From the NCBI GenBank assembly GCA_041664585.1, contig JBAYKL010000002.1, positions 88,328 through 152,327 of the forward strand: a stretch of DNA of 64,000 nt, given 5' to 3'. Both the position numbers and the translations under genes were made by a program. A model generated the notes under the pieces. It saw only the letters and a list, made by a program, of their open reading frames with translations. It was not told the origin of the DNA and did no database searches. This document shows positions 45,371 to 58,662 of the stretch, piece after piece (within the stretch, counting starts at the first letter, position 1; each line of letters begins with the position of its first letter). The stretch is from Minisyncoccota bacterium (lineage in GTDB: Bacteria > Patescibacteriota > Minisyncoccia > Phycocordibacterales > GWA1-40-21).

Positions 45371-46264
45371 TTAGGCTTCAACAGCTAACTTTGCAAGTTT
45401 AATAGCCCCCTCTTTTGTATCTGCTCCTGCATATATACCACCATTCCTACAAAATGTTACATCGCTGATACCAGTAATTTTTACAAGGTCTTCTTTACTT
45501 TTTCCCCACCAACTTTCCGAGAAATTTTTTCTTGACTCAAACGAATTCTCAAATTTTCTTATAGTTGTCACTCTCCATCTTAAACCATCCTTTTCTTTAT
45601 AAACAGAAAAGAGTGGCTCTGGATAATTTAGGAGTAAACTTTTTGGTAAATACTTATCAAAGATAATTATTCTTTTGTCTTCTGAATTTTTGTAAATTTC
45701 TTCGACAATATTTTCCGCTTCAATTTTGTCCTGTAAATCTTTAATCTCTCTAGAAAGAACTTCCCTAGCAAAATCGACCGCCTTCAAAAATACTTTATTT
45801 ATATCGATATCTTCCTCTTTCCATGTAGGATACATGGAATAAATCGCGTCTGTGATAGTAAAAGGATATAAACCATCGATAACGGACTTATACAAACTTA
45901 CGCCGCAATCATCTGCATCTATTACCTCTACTAGTTTATTATCCAAAATATCTGCTATTCTCTTAGAACCGCAGACCTTCTCTCCGTACTCTTTCCATAG
46001 AATTCCAAATGTAGAATATGAGATTCCGTTTTCCCTTTTCCCCGCTCCACCTTCTTGATGATGATCAAATCTATTTTTAGATGGTTCATGTTCAAAACCA
46101 ATATCCAAAACAAAATCTGCTTTAGAAATTATTTTTTCATCTCTCGTTCTTACAACCTTAATATTTCCTTTGTGTAAAATAGACAAAAGAGCTACAGCAA
46201 AAACATCATCTGGATGGAAAGCTCCATTATGAGTAGCGATAACAATTTTCTTTTTAAAAAACAT
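45371..46264 (-). CDS. MYG1/UPF0160 family metal-dependent hydrolase
   Basis: IATHNGAFHPDDVFAVALL...DHHQ is diagnostic of the MYG1 family. 297 aa. Confidence 0.75.
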   Translation of the reverse strand: MFFKKKIVIATHNGAFHPDDVFAVALLSILHKGNIKVVRTRDEKIISKADFVLDIGFEHEPSKNRFDHHQEGGAGKRENGISYSTFGILWKEYGEKVCGSKRIADILDNKLVEVIDADDCGVSLYKSVIDGLYPFTITDAIYSMYPTWKEEDIDINKVFLKAVDFAREVLSREIKDLQDKIEAENIVEEIYKNSEDKRIIIFDKYLPKSLLLNYPEPLFSVYKEKDGLRWRVTTIRKFENSFESRKNFSESWWGKSKEDLVKITGISDVTFCRNGGIYAGADTKEGAIKLAKLAVEA

Positions 46265-46710
46265 TATTTTTTGAGAAAGATCTTAATCTCTTCTATATCT
46301 TTAGAAATTTGAGCAACCTTTTTGTTTAACAAAACTATCTGCTCTTCTTCTTGTCTTACCTCCACTTCTGTTTTTTCTTCTACCTTTTTCTCATGCTTAA
46401 GACCAGAAAGAATAATCCTATCTCCGATCATTGTAGCAACAAAGAGTCCTGTAAGAAGAAGTAGAAGCGCTGTCCATACAATAGTATTTGGTTCATAAAA
46501 TACATAATATAAAATTTTGCCAAATAGGCTACCGTTATACATGTACATCTCGGCACCTTTTTCCATCAAGATATCTGCAGAATGCCATATACCACGCCAA
46601 AACAATACAACAAGAGATCCGCCGACAAGAGCATAAAAAATAGACCTGTGACTCAATCTTATCCTAACCCTATCCTCCAATTTATCAAAAAATCTTAATA
46701 TCTTTTTCAT
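46264..46710 (-). CDS. hypothetical two-TM membrane protein with a coiled-coil tail
   Basis: 148 aa with two hydrophobic helices and a C-terminal EEKTEVEVRQEEEQ...IEEIKIFLKK. Confidence 0.45.
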   Translation of the reverse strand: MKKILRFFDKLEDRVRIRLSHRSIFYALVGGSLVVLFWRGIWHSADILMEKGAEMYMYNGSLFGKILYYVFYEPNTIVWTALLLLLTGLFVATMIGDRIILSGLKHEKKVEEKTEVEVRQEEEQIVLLNKKVAQISKDIEEIKIFLKK

Positions 46711-46732
46711 ATTTGTATATTATACACTAAAA

Positions 46733-48247
46733 CTATTTTGTGAGAATATCACCATCCATGCTCTTAGGGATTTTAACAGACATCATCTTAAGTATTGTTG
46801 GGGCCAAACCAGAAATACCACCGGACAATAATCTGAGTTTGTCTTCCGTAACAATTAAAGGGACTTTGTTTGAAGTATGGGCAGTATGTCTCTCTTTTGT
46901 TTTTGGATCGATATTTACTTCCGCGTTTCCGTGATCAGCAGTTATGAATAAGACATAACCTTTTTTATTTGCATTATCATACAGCCTACCGAGTTGTTCA
47001 TCTACCACCTCAATTGCTTTTATAATAGCTTTCTTATTTGCCGTATGCCCTATCATATCTGGGTTGGCATAATTTATAAAAATAAAATCTGTATCTTTAT
47101 TTATTTCTTCTATGGCTTTATCTGTAATTTCTACAGCTTTCATCTCTGGAGCCAAGTCATGAGTTTTAACATCCTTCCTACTATCGAGAAGAATGTGTTT
47201 CTCTCCTTTGTGAGGTTTGATTCTTCCTCCATTTAGAAAATATGTTGCATGAGCAAATTTTTCTGTTTCAGCAATATGAGCCTGTTTAAAATTAGCTTTT
47301 GATATTTCGTTTGCCAAGGTCGTTTCTATTTTAACTGGTTCAAAAGCAACTTCTGATTTTATCTTGTCATCGTATTTTGTCATAGTGACAAAAAAAAGAT
47401 TCAACTTTTTCTTTGTTTTCATTATCACTTCTGAAATCATTTTGGCCCTATCTGTTCTAAAATTAAAAAAGAAGACTCCATCGTTTTTGCCTATCATTCC
47501 TTCCCCACTTTCTACACCACCAAAAAATACTGGCAGAAACATTTCATCCGTTTTTCCTTCTTTATATAATTCTTTCACAACGAAAGCTGGATCATTTTGA
47601 GAAATTTCAGCCTTGCCATCAAAAATCATACTGGTAAATTTCTCTAACCTGTCCCAATTATTGTCCCTATCCATAGCATAATATCTGCCGCAAATAGAAA
47701 CTATTTTACCAACCCCTAAATCGTTAATAACTTTCTGAAGCCTCTTTATATATTTCTCAGCACTTTGTGGAGGTGTATCTCTTCCGTCGGTAATAACGTG
47801 TATATAGATTTTTTTTATTAAAGACTTTTTTGCAGTTCTTAAAAACTCAAAAAGATGTTCTTCGTGACTATGTATTCCGCCATCACTTAAAAGACCAACT
47901 ACATGCAAGGTGGATTTATTTCTTAGTACATGACCAAAAAGTTTTATAAAACTCTTGTTTTTCAAAAACCCATTTTTCTTTGCGTTGTCGCTTATTCTCA
48001 CCAAATCTGTATAAACAACCTTACCAGCACCAATTGTAGTGTGCCCAACTTCGCTATTCCCCATTTGCCCTTTTGGTAAACCCACAGAAAGACCGCTAGC
48101 ATCAAGAAGGGTGTGTGGATATTTTTTCCACAACATATCAAATGTTGGTTTGCTAGATTCAGCTATAGCATTATCTTCTTTTTGGGTGCGATGTCCCCAT
48201 CCATCTAAAATTACAAGAGCAACCTTTTTTATTTCTTTCACTTTCAT
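46733..48247 (-). CDS. gpmI: 2,3-bisphosphoglycerate-independent phosphoglycerate mutase
   Basis: KKVALVILDGWGHR...GLPKGQMGNSEVGHTTIGAGKVVY is the iPGM N-terminal motif set, and the C-terminal metal-binding region has TADHGN. The track start at 48310 would overlap eno, so the start is assigned to MKVKEIKK at 48247. Confidence 0.9.
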   Translation of the reverse strand: MKVKEIKKVALVILDGWGHRTQKEDNAIAESSKPTFDMLWKKYPHTLLDASGLSVGLPKGQMGNSEVGHTTIGAGKVVYTDLVRISDNAKKNGFLKNKSFIKLFGHVLRNKSTLHVVGLLSDGGIHSHEEHLFEFLRTAKKSLIKKIYIHVITDGRDTPPQSAEKYIKRLQKVINDLGVGKIVSICGRYYAMDRDNNWDRLEKFTSMIFDGKAEISQNDPAFVVKELYKEGKTDEMFLPVFFGGVESGEGMIGKNDGVFFFNFRTDRAKMISEVIMKTKKKLNLFFVTMTKYDDKIKSEVAFEPVKIETTLANEISKANFKQAHIAETEKFAHATYFLNGGRIKPHKGEKHILLDSRKDVKTHDLAPEMKAVEITDKAIEEINKDTDFIFINYANPDMIGHTANKKAIIKAIEVVDEQLGRLYDNANKKGYVLFITADHGNAEVNIDPKTKERHTAHTSNKVPLIVTEDKLRLLSGGISGLAPTILKMMSVKIPKSMDGDILTK

Positions 48248-48251
48248 TTTA

Positions 48252-49556
<1,305 letters not shown>

Positions 49557-49737
49557 TTATTGATAATAATTATAAATCGAGAATGTATTTTATCACATTA
49601 CTTTTTTAAAAAGCTATTAAAATACAGAGTAGACAATAATAATTAACCTGATGCAATTTATGTTACTGGGTACTCTTCTTAAAAGATCCTTTTGTTGTTA
49701 TAATACCGTTACGAAGGTTTTAATTTAAATAAATAAT

Positions 49738-49986
49738 ATGGACGAAGAGAGAAATAAAAAAATAGATGAGATAGAAACTACACTTAAGGATATCAAAAAG
49801 ATACTAGTAAGAACTAGGTGGGAAATGTTTGTAGAGGGTCTATGGAAAGCTGTCGGTTATTTCATCGGATTAACACTGGCAATAATAATAGCTGGGTGGG
49901 TGCTAAACATGATAGGAGTAATACCCTTTATGAGTGAGTTTTCAGAGAATATGAAAGACGTACTAAATGTAGCCAGAAATAAATAG
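49738..49986 (+). CDS. small hypothetical membrane protein
   Basis: 82 aa with one TM segment (VGYFIGLTLAIIIAGWVL). It lies tail-to-tail with the ASCH gene. Confidence 0.35.
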   Translation: MDEERNKKIDEIETTLKDIKKILVRTRWEMFVEGLWKAVGYFIGLTLAIIIAGWVLNMIGVIPFMSEFSENMKDVLNVARNK

Positions 49987-49987
49987 A

Positions 49988-50383
49988 CTACTCTAGCTCA
50001 AATACAAAGATTCCATTCTCTTTAATTCTTTTTTCGTAATTAGGAAATGATAAATATATTTCTTTTATTTTTTCGTATGAAAAAATACCAGGAATTATTT
50101 CCTCCGGTTTGTATTTTTCAAAAAGACTCTCAAGACTTTTAAGCTGAAAAGCTTTTCCGACAGTTTTTAGAAAGTTTTCCTCACCACATGATAATTCAAT
50201 AACATCCCCACTTTTGATTTTAGAATATTCCGATTTACCAGCACGAGTTTCTATTTTTTTCTTTCCATCTTTAATAGAATTAAAGATGTCTTTATTTTTT
50301 TCTAAAAAAGAGAGGCTATAAACTGACCTATTTTCCATGACAATGTTTGTACTTCTTTCCACTTCCGCAAGGACAATGATCAT
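49988..50383 (-). CDS. ASCH (PUA-like) domain protein
   Basis: ...IKDGKKKIETRAGK...IKSGDVIEL... fits the ASCH beta-barrel pattern. The true start is probably the internal Met near 50338 (MENRSVY...), because the upstream part overlaps secA. Confidence 0.45.
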   Translation of the reverse strand: MIIVLAEVERSTNIVMENRSVYSLSFLEKNKDIFNSIKDGKKKIETRAGKSEYSKIKSGDVIELSCGEENFLKTVGKAFQLKSLESLFEKYKPEEIIPGIFSYEKIKEIYLSFPNYEKRIKENGIFVFELE

Positions 50384-52793
50384 TTCTACCCACCTTATCT
50401 CCAGAACCTTGTACTACAACATTATTATCAGACTTCCCCTCTGCACCCGCAACTTTCATGTGCTTCTGAGTTTCTTTTAATTTTTCTTCTTCTGCTTGGA
50501 ATGCACCAACCCCAATATGAGGCAACATTCTAAGTATTTCATCATTTATGGCGATCTGCATTTCTTTAAATAATCTCAAGCCGTCCTTCTTGTATTCTAC
50601 AAGGGGGTCTCTTTGACCATAGGCTCTCAAATTTACGCTTCCTCTCAAGTAGTCCATCATTTCCAAATGGTCAACCCAGAACATATCTATAGCTTGTAAC
50701 ATTATAATTCTAGCAATCCTATAGAATTCGGCTTCACCAAATTGTTTTATTTTATCTTCAATGACTTTCTTTGATTCATCGTCTGTAGCAATCTCAGCAA
50801 GTTTGTTTTTTACTACTTCTATTTCTCCCATAAGTGCAGCTCTTCTTCTTTCATAAACAATTTTTCTTTGGAAATTAAGAACATCATCATATTCAAGAAC
50901 ATGTTTTCTAGCATCAAAATTAAAACCTTCAATTTTTGTTTGAGCGCTTTCTAATGTTCTGGTGATGAGAGAATTTTCTATTGGCTCATCTTCTGGAATA
51001 CCAAATCTATTCATCATTCTTTTTACAACATCATTTGCAAATACTCTCATAAGAGTATCTTCAAGAGATACGAAGAATTGCGTTGTACCTGGATCTCCTT
51101 GTCTTCCAGCTCTACCTCTTAGCTGGTTGTCTATTCTTCTAGCTTCATGTCTTTCTGTACCAATAACAGCAAGCCCACCAAAAGTCTTTATTTTTTCATA
51201 TTCCTCTTGATTAAAAGGTACGCCACCGAGCTTAATGTCCACACCTCTACCAGCCATGTTTGTGGCAACAGTTACAGCCCCAAATTTACCGGCCTGAGCC
51301 ACGATTTCTCCTTCCTTCTCGTGGTTCTTAGCATTAAGTAAATTGTGTTGTATGCCTTCTCTCTTCAAATATTCTGAGAGAACTTCATTTTTTTCTATAG
51401 AAACTGTACCTATAAGAACAGGTTGACCTGTTTTATTTATTTCTTTTACTCTTTTTGCAAGGGCTTTGTACTTTCCATTTTCTGTTTGGAAAATTAAATC
51501 ATTAAAATCTTTTCTGGCCACCGGTTTGTTTGTCGGTACTGGTATTGTATCCATGTGATACACTTTGAAAAATTCTTCTGACGAAGTAATCGCAGTACCA
51601 GTCATACCTGCAAGCTTTTTATACATTCTAAAATAATTTTGGAATGTAATAGAAGCAAAAGTTCTAGATTCTTTTTGCACAGCGACACCTTCTTTAGACT
51701 CTATCGCCTGATGTAAACCTTCAGACCATCTTCTACCAGGTTGCATTCTTCCAGTACTTTCATCCACGATAATTACCTCCCCTTCTTTAACAACGTAATC
51801 TTTATTTATTTCAAAAAGTGCCTTTGCTCTTACAGCGGTTTCTAAATGATGCACGTATTTTATACCTCCATCTGTATAGATGTTTTCTACCCCCAGTGCC
51901 TTTTCAGCCTTATTTATACCCGCATCAGTAAGTTGTATGGCTTTATGCTTCTCTTCTACTGTATAATCTACGTCTTTTACGAAATCTCTGACAATCTTAG
52001 AAAAAACACCGTAAAGATTTTCTGAATCTGCCGTAGGTGCAGAGATAATAAGAGGAGTTCTTGCTTCATCTATAAGAATAGAGTCTACTTCGTCTACGAT
52101 AGCGAAATTATATTCTTTTTGTCTTAAATCACTTGAAGCATATTCGATATTGTCTCTCAAATAATCAAAACCAAATTCGTTGTTTGTACCATAAGTGATA
52201 TCTGAAGCATAAGCTTCTTTTCTTGAACATGGTCTTAGAAATTCATAAATGACTTTAAATGAACCAAGCTCATCTCTTTTTTCATCAGAATCTTTATGAT
52301 TAGGATCGTACATAAAAGATGACTCGTGATTTATAACGGAAACAGAAAGTCCAAGGAAAGAATATATTTGTCCCATCCACACAGCATCTCTTCTTGAAAG
52401 ATAATCGTTTACGGTAACAACGTGTGCTCCGTGTCCTGATATCGCATTTAAATATACTGGAAGTGTTGCAACTAAAGTCTTACCTTCACCGGTTTTCATC
52501 TCAGCAATATTTCCACGATGTAAAATAATTCCCCCTATAAGCTGAACATCAAAATGTCTTTGATTTAAGGTTCTCACTGCAGCCTCTCTTACACAAGCAA
52601 AGGCTTCTGGTAAGATATCTTCCAGGCTTTCGCCCTTTTCTACTCTAGCCCTAAATTCAGCTGTCTTAGCCTTAATCTCATCATTTGAAAGCTTTTTAAG
52701 AGATTCCTCAAAGGAATTGATCTTTTTGACCACAGGATCAAGGGTTTTTATATATTTTGTATATCTATCCCCGAATAATTTTGTTAAAAACAT
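50328..52793 (-). CDS. secA: preprotein translocase ATPase SecA
   Basis: DEAD-like motor (...MKTGEGKTLVATLP..., TNMAGRGVDIKLGG), the HSD and HWD regions, and the C-terminal Zn finger CPCGSGKKYKHCHG. Confidence 0.95.
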   Translation of the reverse strand: MFLTKLFGDRYTKYIKTLDPVVKKINSFEESLKKLSNDEIKAKTAEFRARVEKGESLEDILPEAFACVREAAVRTLNQRHFDVQLIGGIILHRGNIAEMKTGEGKTLVATLPVYLNAISGHGAHVVTVNDYLSRRDAVWMGQIYSFLGLSVSVINHESSFMYDPNHKDSDEKRDELGSFKVIYEFLRPCSRKEAYASDITYGTNNEFGFDYLRDNIEYASSDLRQKEYNFAIVDEVDSILIDEARTPLIISAPTADSENLYGVFSKIVRDFVKDVDYTVEEKHKAIQLTDAGINKAEKALGVENIYTDGGIKYVHHLETAVRAKALFEINKDYVVKEGEVIIVDESTGRMQPGRRWSEGLHQAIESKEGVAVQKESRTFASITFQNYFRMYKKLAGMTGTAITSSEEFFKVYHMDTIPVPTNKPVARKDFNDLIFQTENGKYKALAKRVKEINKTGQPVLIGTVSIEKNEVLSEYLKREGIQHNLLNAKNHEKEGEIVAQAGKFGAVTVATNMAGRGVDIKLGGVPFNQEEYEKIKTFGGLAVIGTERHEARRIDNQLRGRAGRQGDPGTTQFFVSLEDTLMRVFANDVVKRMMNRFGIPEDEPIENSLITRTLESAQTKIEGFNFDARKHVLEYDDVLNFQRKIVYERRRAALMGEIEVVKNKLAEIATDDESKKVIEDKIKQFGEAEFYRIARIIMLQAIDMFWVDHLEMMDYLRGSVNLRAYGQRDPLVEYKKDGLRLFKEMQIAINDEILRMLPHIGVGAFQAEEEKLKETQKHMKVAGAEGKSDNNVVVQGSGDKVGRNDHCPCGSGKKYKHCHGK

Positions 52794-52875
52794 AAGGGTA
52801 ATAATACCATAAAAAAGAAAATCACCAATCTGTCTTTCGACAAATTGGTGATCTCTGAAAAGCTTTTCAGAAAGA

Positions 52876-52992
52876 CTATTTCTTTCCCTTCTTTGCTTTC
52901 TTGACGGCTTTCTTTACTGTTTTCTTAACAGCTTTTTTTATCTTCTTTGCTTTCTTTGTTACTTTCTTTATTGCTTTCTTTTTTGCGGCCAT
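52876..52992 (-). CDS. 38-codon lysine-rich micro-ORF (histone-H1/Hc1-tail-like); coding status uncertain
   Basis: The minus strand encodes MAAKKKAIKKVTKKAKKIKKAVKKTVKKAVKKAKKGKK and then TAG. It lies 80 nt upstream of secA. There is no clear SD. It is below the track length cut-off. Confidence 0.3.
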   Translation of the reverse strand: MAAKKKAIKKVTKKAKKIKKAVKKTVKKAVKKAKKGKK

Positions 52993-53179
52993 TTTATTTT
53001 TTATTTTCTAACTGCGAATTTTTTTGAGTAAGTTAGAAAAAATATTTAATTCTATTAATTAGCAGGTTATCGACACTGGTAAAAATTACCAAACCTCACT
53101 GCTACATATAATTTTACATCTAATAAAAAAAAATACAATACTTTTTTCACTGTTGATAACTTTTTTTCTAAAAAAATAT

Positions 53180-54184
53180 TTAAAAAATAATTTCTTCCAC
53201 CTCTCTTTCTATTTTTATTCCAATTTTTTCAAAAACTTTTTCTTCAATTACTTTTACAAATGATTTTATTTCAGAACTCTTTGCATTTTTAAAATTTATT
53301 ACAGTTAAAGAATGTTTTTTATACAAACCAACATCTCCTATTTTAAATTCTTTCAAATCACAAATCTTTTCTATAACATACCCCAAAGAAATTTTTACAA
53401 AACCCTCTTCCGCTTTAAATTTCGGTATATCTTTATACACCTTAGATATCTCTAAATACTTATCCTCTGTAATAATAGGGTTTTTAAAGAAACACCCAGC
53501 AGTACCAAGCTTTTTCCAGTCTGGAAGCCTTTCTTTACGTATATTTAATATACCTTCTCTTATGTCCTTAGCCGATGTATTTTTTATATCTTTCAACCCT
53601 GTATATTCTAAATTCGGTATAAAGTTTTTATTCAATTTTAAATATACTTTTGTAATAATCAGATTCTTATTTTTCTTAAAAATACTCTGACGATATAGAA
53701 AATTACACTTTTCCTTTGGTATAAGAAATATTTCTTGTGTATTTGTGTCATATACTTCTACAGAAATTACTATGTCTTTCGCTTCTACTCCATAAGCACC
53801 GGCATTTTGAAAAACGGCACCACCAATAGTTCCAGGAATTCCAGAAAGATTTTCCGATAAAGAAAAATTATTCTCTACGATAAAATTAATAGCATCATCT
53901 AAAATTTCTCCTGACCCAAAAGAAAAAATTATACTCTCATTATTTTCTGATTCTTTTTTTATACCTAAAATATTATTTTTTATTATAAGTCCGTTGAATC
54001 CAAGATCATCAAAAAGAATATTCGATCCGCCACCGAGGATCATAAACTTCAAATTGTTTCTCTGTGCAAAATCAATAGATTCTTTTAAATCTTCTACTGA
54101 TGAAATATCACAAAAAAACCGAGCGTCTCCGCCGGCTCTAAATGTAGAATAATCAGATAACTTTATCTTCTCTTTAATTTCCAT
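53180..54184 (-). CDS. murB: UDP-N-acetylenolpyruvoylglucosamine reductase
   Basis: ...STFRAGGDARFF...ILGGGSNIL... is the FAD-binding PCMH-domain motif set of MurB. 334 aa. Confidence 0.9.
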   Translation of the reverse strand: MEIKEKIKLSDYSTFRAGGDARFFCDISSVEDLKESIDFAQRNNLKFMILGGGSNILFDDLGFNGLIIKNNILGIKKESENNESIIFSFGSGEILDDAINFIVENNFSLSENLSGIPGTIGGAVFQNAGAYGVEAKDIVISVEVYDTNTQEIFLIPKEKCNFLYRQSIFKKNKNLIITKVYLKLNKNFIPNLEYTGLKDIKNTSAKDIREGILNIRKERLPDWKKLGTAGCFFKNPIITEDKYLEISKVYKDIPKFKAEEGFVKISLGYVIEKICDLKEFKIGDVGLYKKHSLTVINFKNAKSSEIKSFVKVIEEKVFEKIGIKIEREVEEIIF

Positions 54185-54335
54185 AACAAAATTTATTCTT
54201 CCTAATCATAGCCGGCGGGGGCGAACTCCAAAACAAATGTCTTACATGAGTGCAACCGCCGGCTGTGACTAAGAACAATCCTCTATTATTTTAGCATAGT
54301 AAATATATAAACCACAATAGTACAAAATGCCCCAT

Positions 54336-54365
54336 AAAACACAAAGCCCCACCGAAGCGGGGCAA
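54336..54365 (-). terminator. terminator of the O-antigen-ligase/TPR gene
   Basis: The minus strand reads GCCCCGC-TTCG-GTGGGGC (a UUCG tetraloop) followed by TTTGTGTTTT. Confidence 0.7.
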
Positions 54366-54447
54366 TGTGCAGACATTTGTTCGAGCTAGCCATTAACTAG
54401 CACTCACACTGGGTATTATAGCATGTTTGAAGGAAAAAGCAAGCTTT

Positions 54448-56580
54448 TTACTTAATAGTTCCTGCCCAAATTCCATCTATCACCTCTTTACCCTGTGCTT
54501 CAAATTCTGGGGCTATTTTCATAGCTTTTTGTACCTCTGCAACCGCAAAGCTTTTGCTATTCACCTTCAAAAAATCAGCGGCGTTTAATAAATAAGCCCT
54601 TATAACCCTTTCGTTGGTGGTAGTTCCTCCCAAGAGCTCCTTCGCTTTCTTCTCTTCGCCATTTCTAATTAACGCAGCCACGTAGTTCATCTTGCCTTCT
54701 TCATAAACTGGAACTAAATCATACGCTCTTTTTGCAATCCCAAGTGCTTCTGTTTTCTGTCCTAGACTAGATAGGCAGTTTGTAAGTTCGATAAGCATTG
54801 ATATTTTTTTAGGAGAAAGCTCAACGGCTTTTTCTAAATAAGGTAAAGCCAACTCAAACTGCTGCATGTTACTTAAGAATCCGCCAACAAAGAATTGATA
54901 CCTCGCGTTGTCTGGTGTTTCATTTATTTGTTTTTCTGCCTGAATTGAAGCTAGATTTATAAAATCTTGTTTAGTCTCCATATCCACACCATCAAGAGAA
55001 ACGACTCTTGGAGTAATATTCAAAAGTTGTTCCAATATTTCGGAATTCGCCATTGAGTTATACGAGATAGCTTTTTGGAAATATTCTAGATTTTTATTAA
55101 CCCCACCACTTTGCTGACCCATTGCCTTTATTAAATTCAAATTTGCAGCTATTGGTTTACAGTTAAAATACCAAACAGACATACCAAGAGTAACTAATAA
55201 AATAGGTAGAACAACATAGTTTGCTAAATCATTACTTATTCCCATTCTCTCTCCTTCTTTTAGTTTTTGAGGAATTTCAATTTCTTCTGTGTCACTTGCA
55301 TGCAAATAAGCAAGTACTATAAAGAATAAAATATAACTAGAAAGATTATCGAATACAAAAAGATTCTGGAAAAAATATCCGGCAAGCACACCGACAAGAA
55401 GAGCTGAATCTATAATACCTAGTTTATTTCTTCTTTTCCAAATAAGCCAAAGCGCTGCTACAAAAATCCCAAGATATGATACAAGACCAAGCGTTCCACC
55501 GGCTATCAAAATATCTAAAGGTGTATTGTGTGCCCTATCAAACCACTGCTCCTGATCATACATTCTTTCATCATAGTATTTATTAAACACATAATTAAAA
55601 CCTTCTTGTCCCCAACCCAAAATAGGTTTCTCTTTAGCTCCTTGAATAGCCATACTCCATACATATTGTCTTGCCACTCCTTGTCCAGCTCTTATGTCCT
55701 TCCAAGAAAGAGAAGCAAATCTGCTAAGCGTTTTGTTTTCTTTTGCAAATTGAGTATCTCTGATGGCAAAAAATCCTCCTATCAAAATCACAATAGTGAC
55801 AAGACCACCTATAGCGACATTTCTCATTAGCTTATTTTTCTTTTCAAAGATTGCAATAATTACAGAAGAAACGATTAAACCACCAATAAGCCCGAGGATT
55901 ACTCCCCTAGTAGATGTCATCCAAATACCCCAAACACAAAGTGCGGCCAAAATCGAATAGATATAAGTTAGAGAATTTTTAAAAATCCTCTTAACCTGTC
56001 TTGATCCCTCTGATTTTATAATTACATCTTTGTAGAGCAAAATTAAAGCAAAGAAAAAGTTAAAGAGAAAATAAATAGCAACATATATTGGATTACCGAG
56101 GGATACAGAAGATCTATCTGGATGGCTTTTTATCCACTCCTGATATACTAAGGTTGCCATAGCAACGCTTGATACGACAGATGAACGGAAGAACCAAAGC
56201 CAAATCTTTTCAGTCTTCATTACAGATCCTGCAACAACCAAGAACATTAATAGGTGTATAAGTGTGATCCAACCATCCATTCTTTCAAAGTTGCTCCAAA
56301 AAGCTTTCGCTGGATCAATAGAGAAAATATTGGCCACAGCCATTATCAAAACAAACAATGCTACAGACACGGCCACCCAAGAAAATTTGGGTCTGTATTT
56401 TTTGTCTATAAAAGCAAGATATGCCCAAACAGCAAAAATAATTTCGACAATTATTCTAAATGCAAAGTTTTTACCCGATATATAAGGGAAGAACATACTA
56501 TTAGCAACATAGAACGGTATTAATAGAAGCGCCCATATTCCTACAAAAATCTTCCACCTAGCTATATTTTTTATATCCAT
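54448..56580 (-). CDS. O-antigen-ligase-like (Wzy_C) polytopic membrane protein with a C-terminal TPR domain
   Basis: About 12 TM helices. The Wzy_C signature loop is ...RAHNTPLDILIAGGTLGL. The C-terminal roughly 250 aa are TPR-like repeats (...AISYNSMANSEILEQLL..., ...LALPYLEKAVELSPKK...). Confidence 0.75.
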   Translation of the reverse strand: MDIKNIARWKIFVGIWALLLIPFYVANSMFFPYISGKNFAFRIIVEIIFAVWAYLAFIDKKYRPKFSWVAVSVALFVLIMAVANIFSIDPAKAFWSNFERMDGWITLIHLLMFLVVAGSVMKTEKIWLWFFRSSVVSSVAMATLVYQEWIKSHPDRSSVSLGNPIYVAIYFLFNFFFALILLYKDVIIKSEGSRQVKRIFKNSLTYIYSILAALCVWGIWMTSTRGVILGLIGGLIVSSVIIAIFEKKNKLMRNVAIGGLVTIVILIGGFFAIRDTQFAKENKTLSRFASLSWKDIRAGQGVARQYVWSMAIQGAKEKPILGWGQEGFNYVFNKYYDERMYDQEQWFDRAHNTPLDILIAGGTLGLVSYLGIFVAALWLIWKRRNKLGIIDSALLVGVLAGYFFQNLFVFDNLSSYILFFIVLAYLHASDTEEIEIPQKLKEGERMGISNDLANYVVLPILLVTLGMSVWYFNCKPIAANLNLIKAMGQQSGGVNKNLEYFQKAISYNSMANSEILEQLLNITPRVVSLDGVDMETKQDFINLASIQAEKQINETPDNARYQFFVGGFLSNMQQFELALPYLEKAVELSPKKISMLIELTNCLSSLGQKTEALGIAKRAYDLVPVYEEGKMNYVAALIRNGEEKKAKELLGGTTTNERVIRAYLLNAADFLKVNSKSFAVAEVQKAMKIAPEFEAQGKEVIDGIWAGTIK

Positions 56581-56657
56581 AATGTTGAATATTATATCAC
56601 ACAGTTTATTTTTATATATCTGGTTTTTTATATAAATAAATAGTACAATTCATACCT

Positions 56658-58614
<1,957 letters not shown>

Positions 58615-58662
58615 ATTATGCAAAAGCTTTCTGTAAATTAGTATGTTAAAATTTAACAAAAT

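Noticed and set aside
54121-54280. GCCGGCGG octamer occurring three times (two direct, one inverted) around the murB start, as a possible repeat family or mobile-element end
   Set aside because: One copy is inside murB and simply encodes the conserved FRAGGDA FAD-binding motif. Only the intergenic inverted pair is kept, as a hairpin observation.
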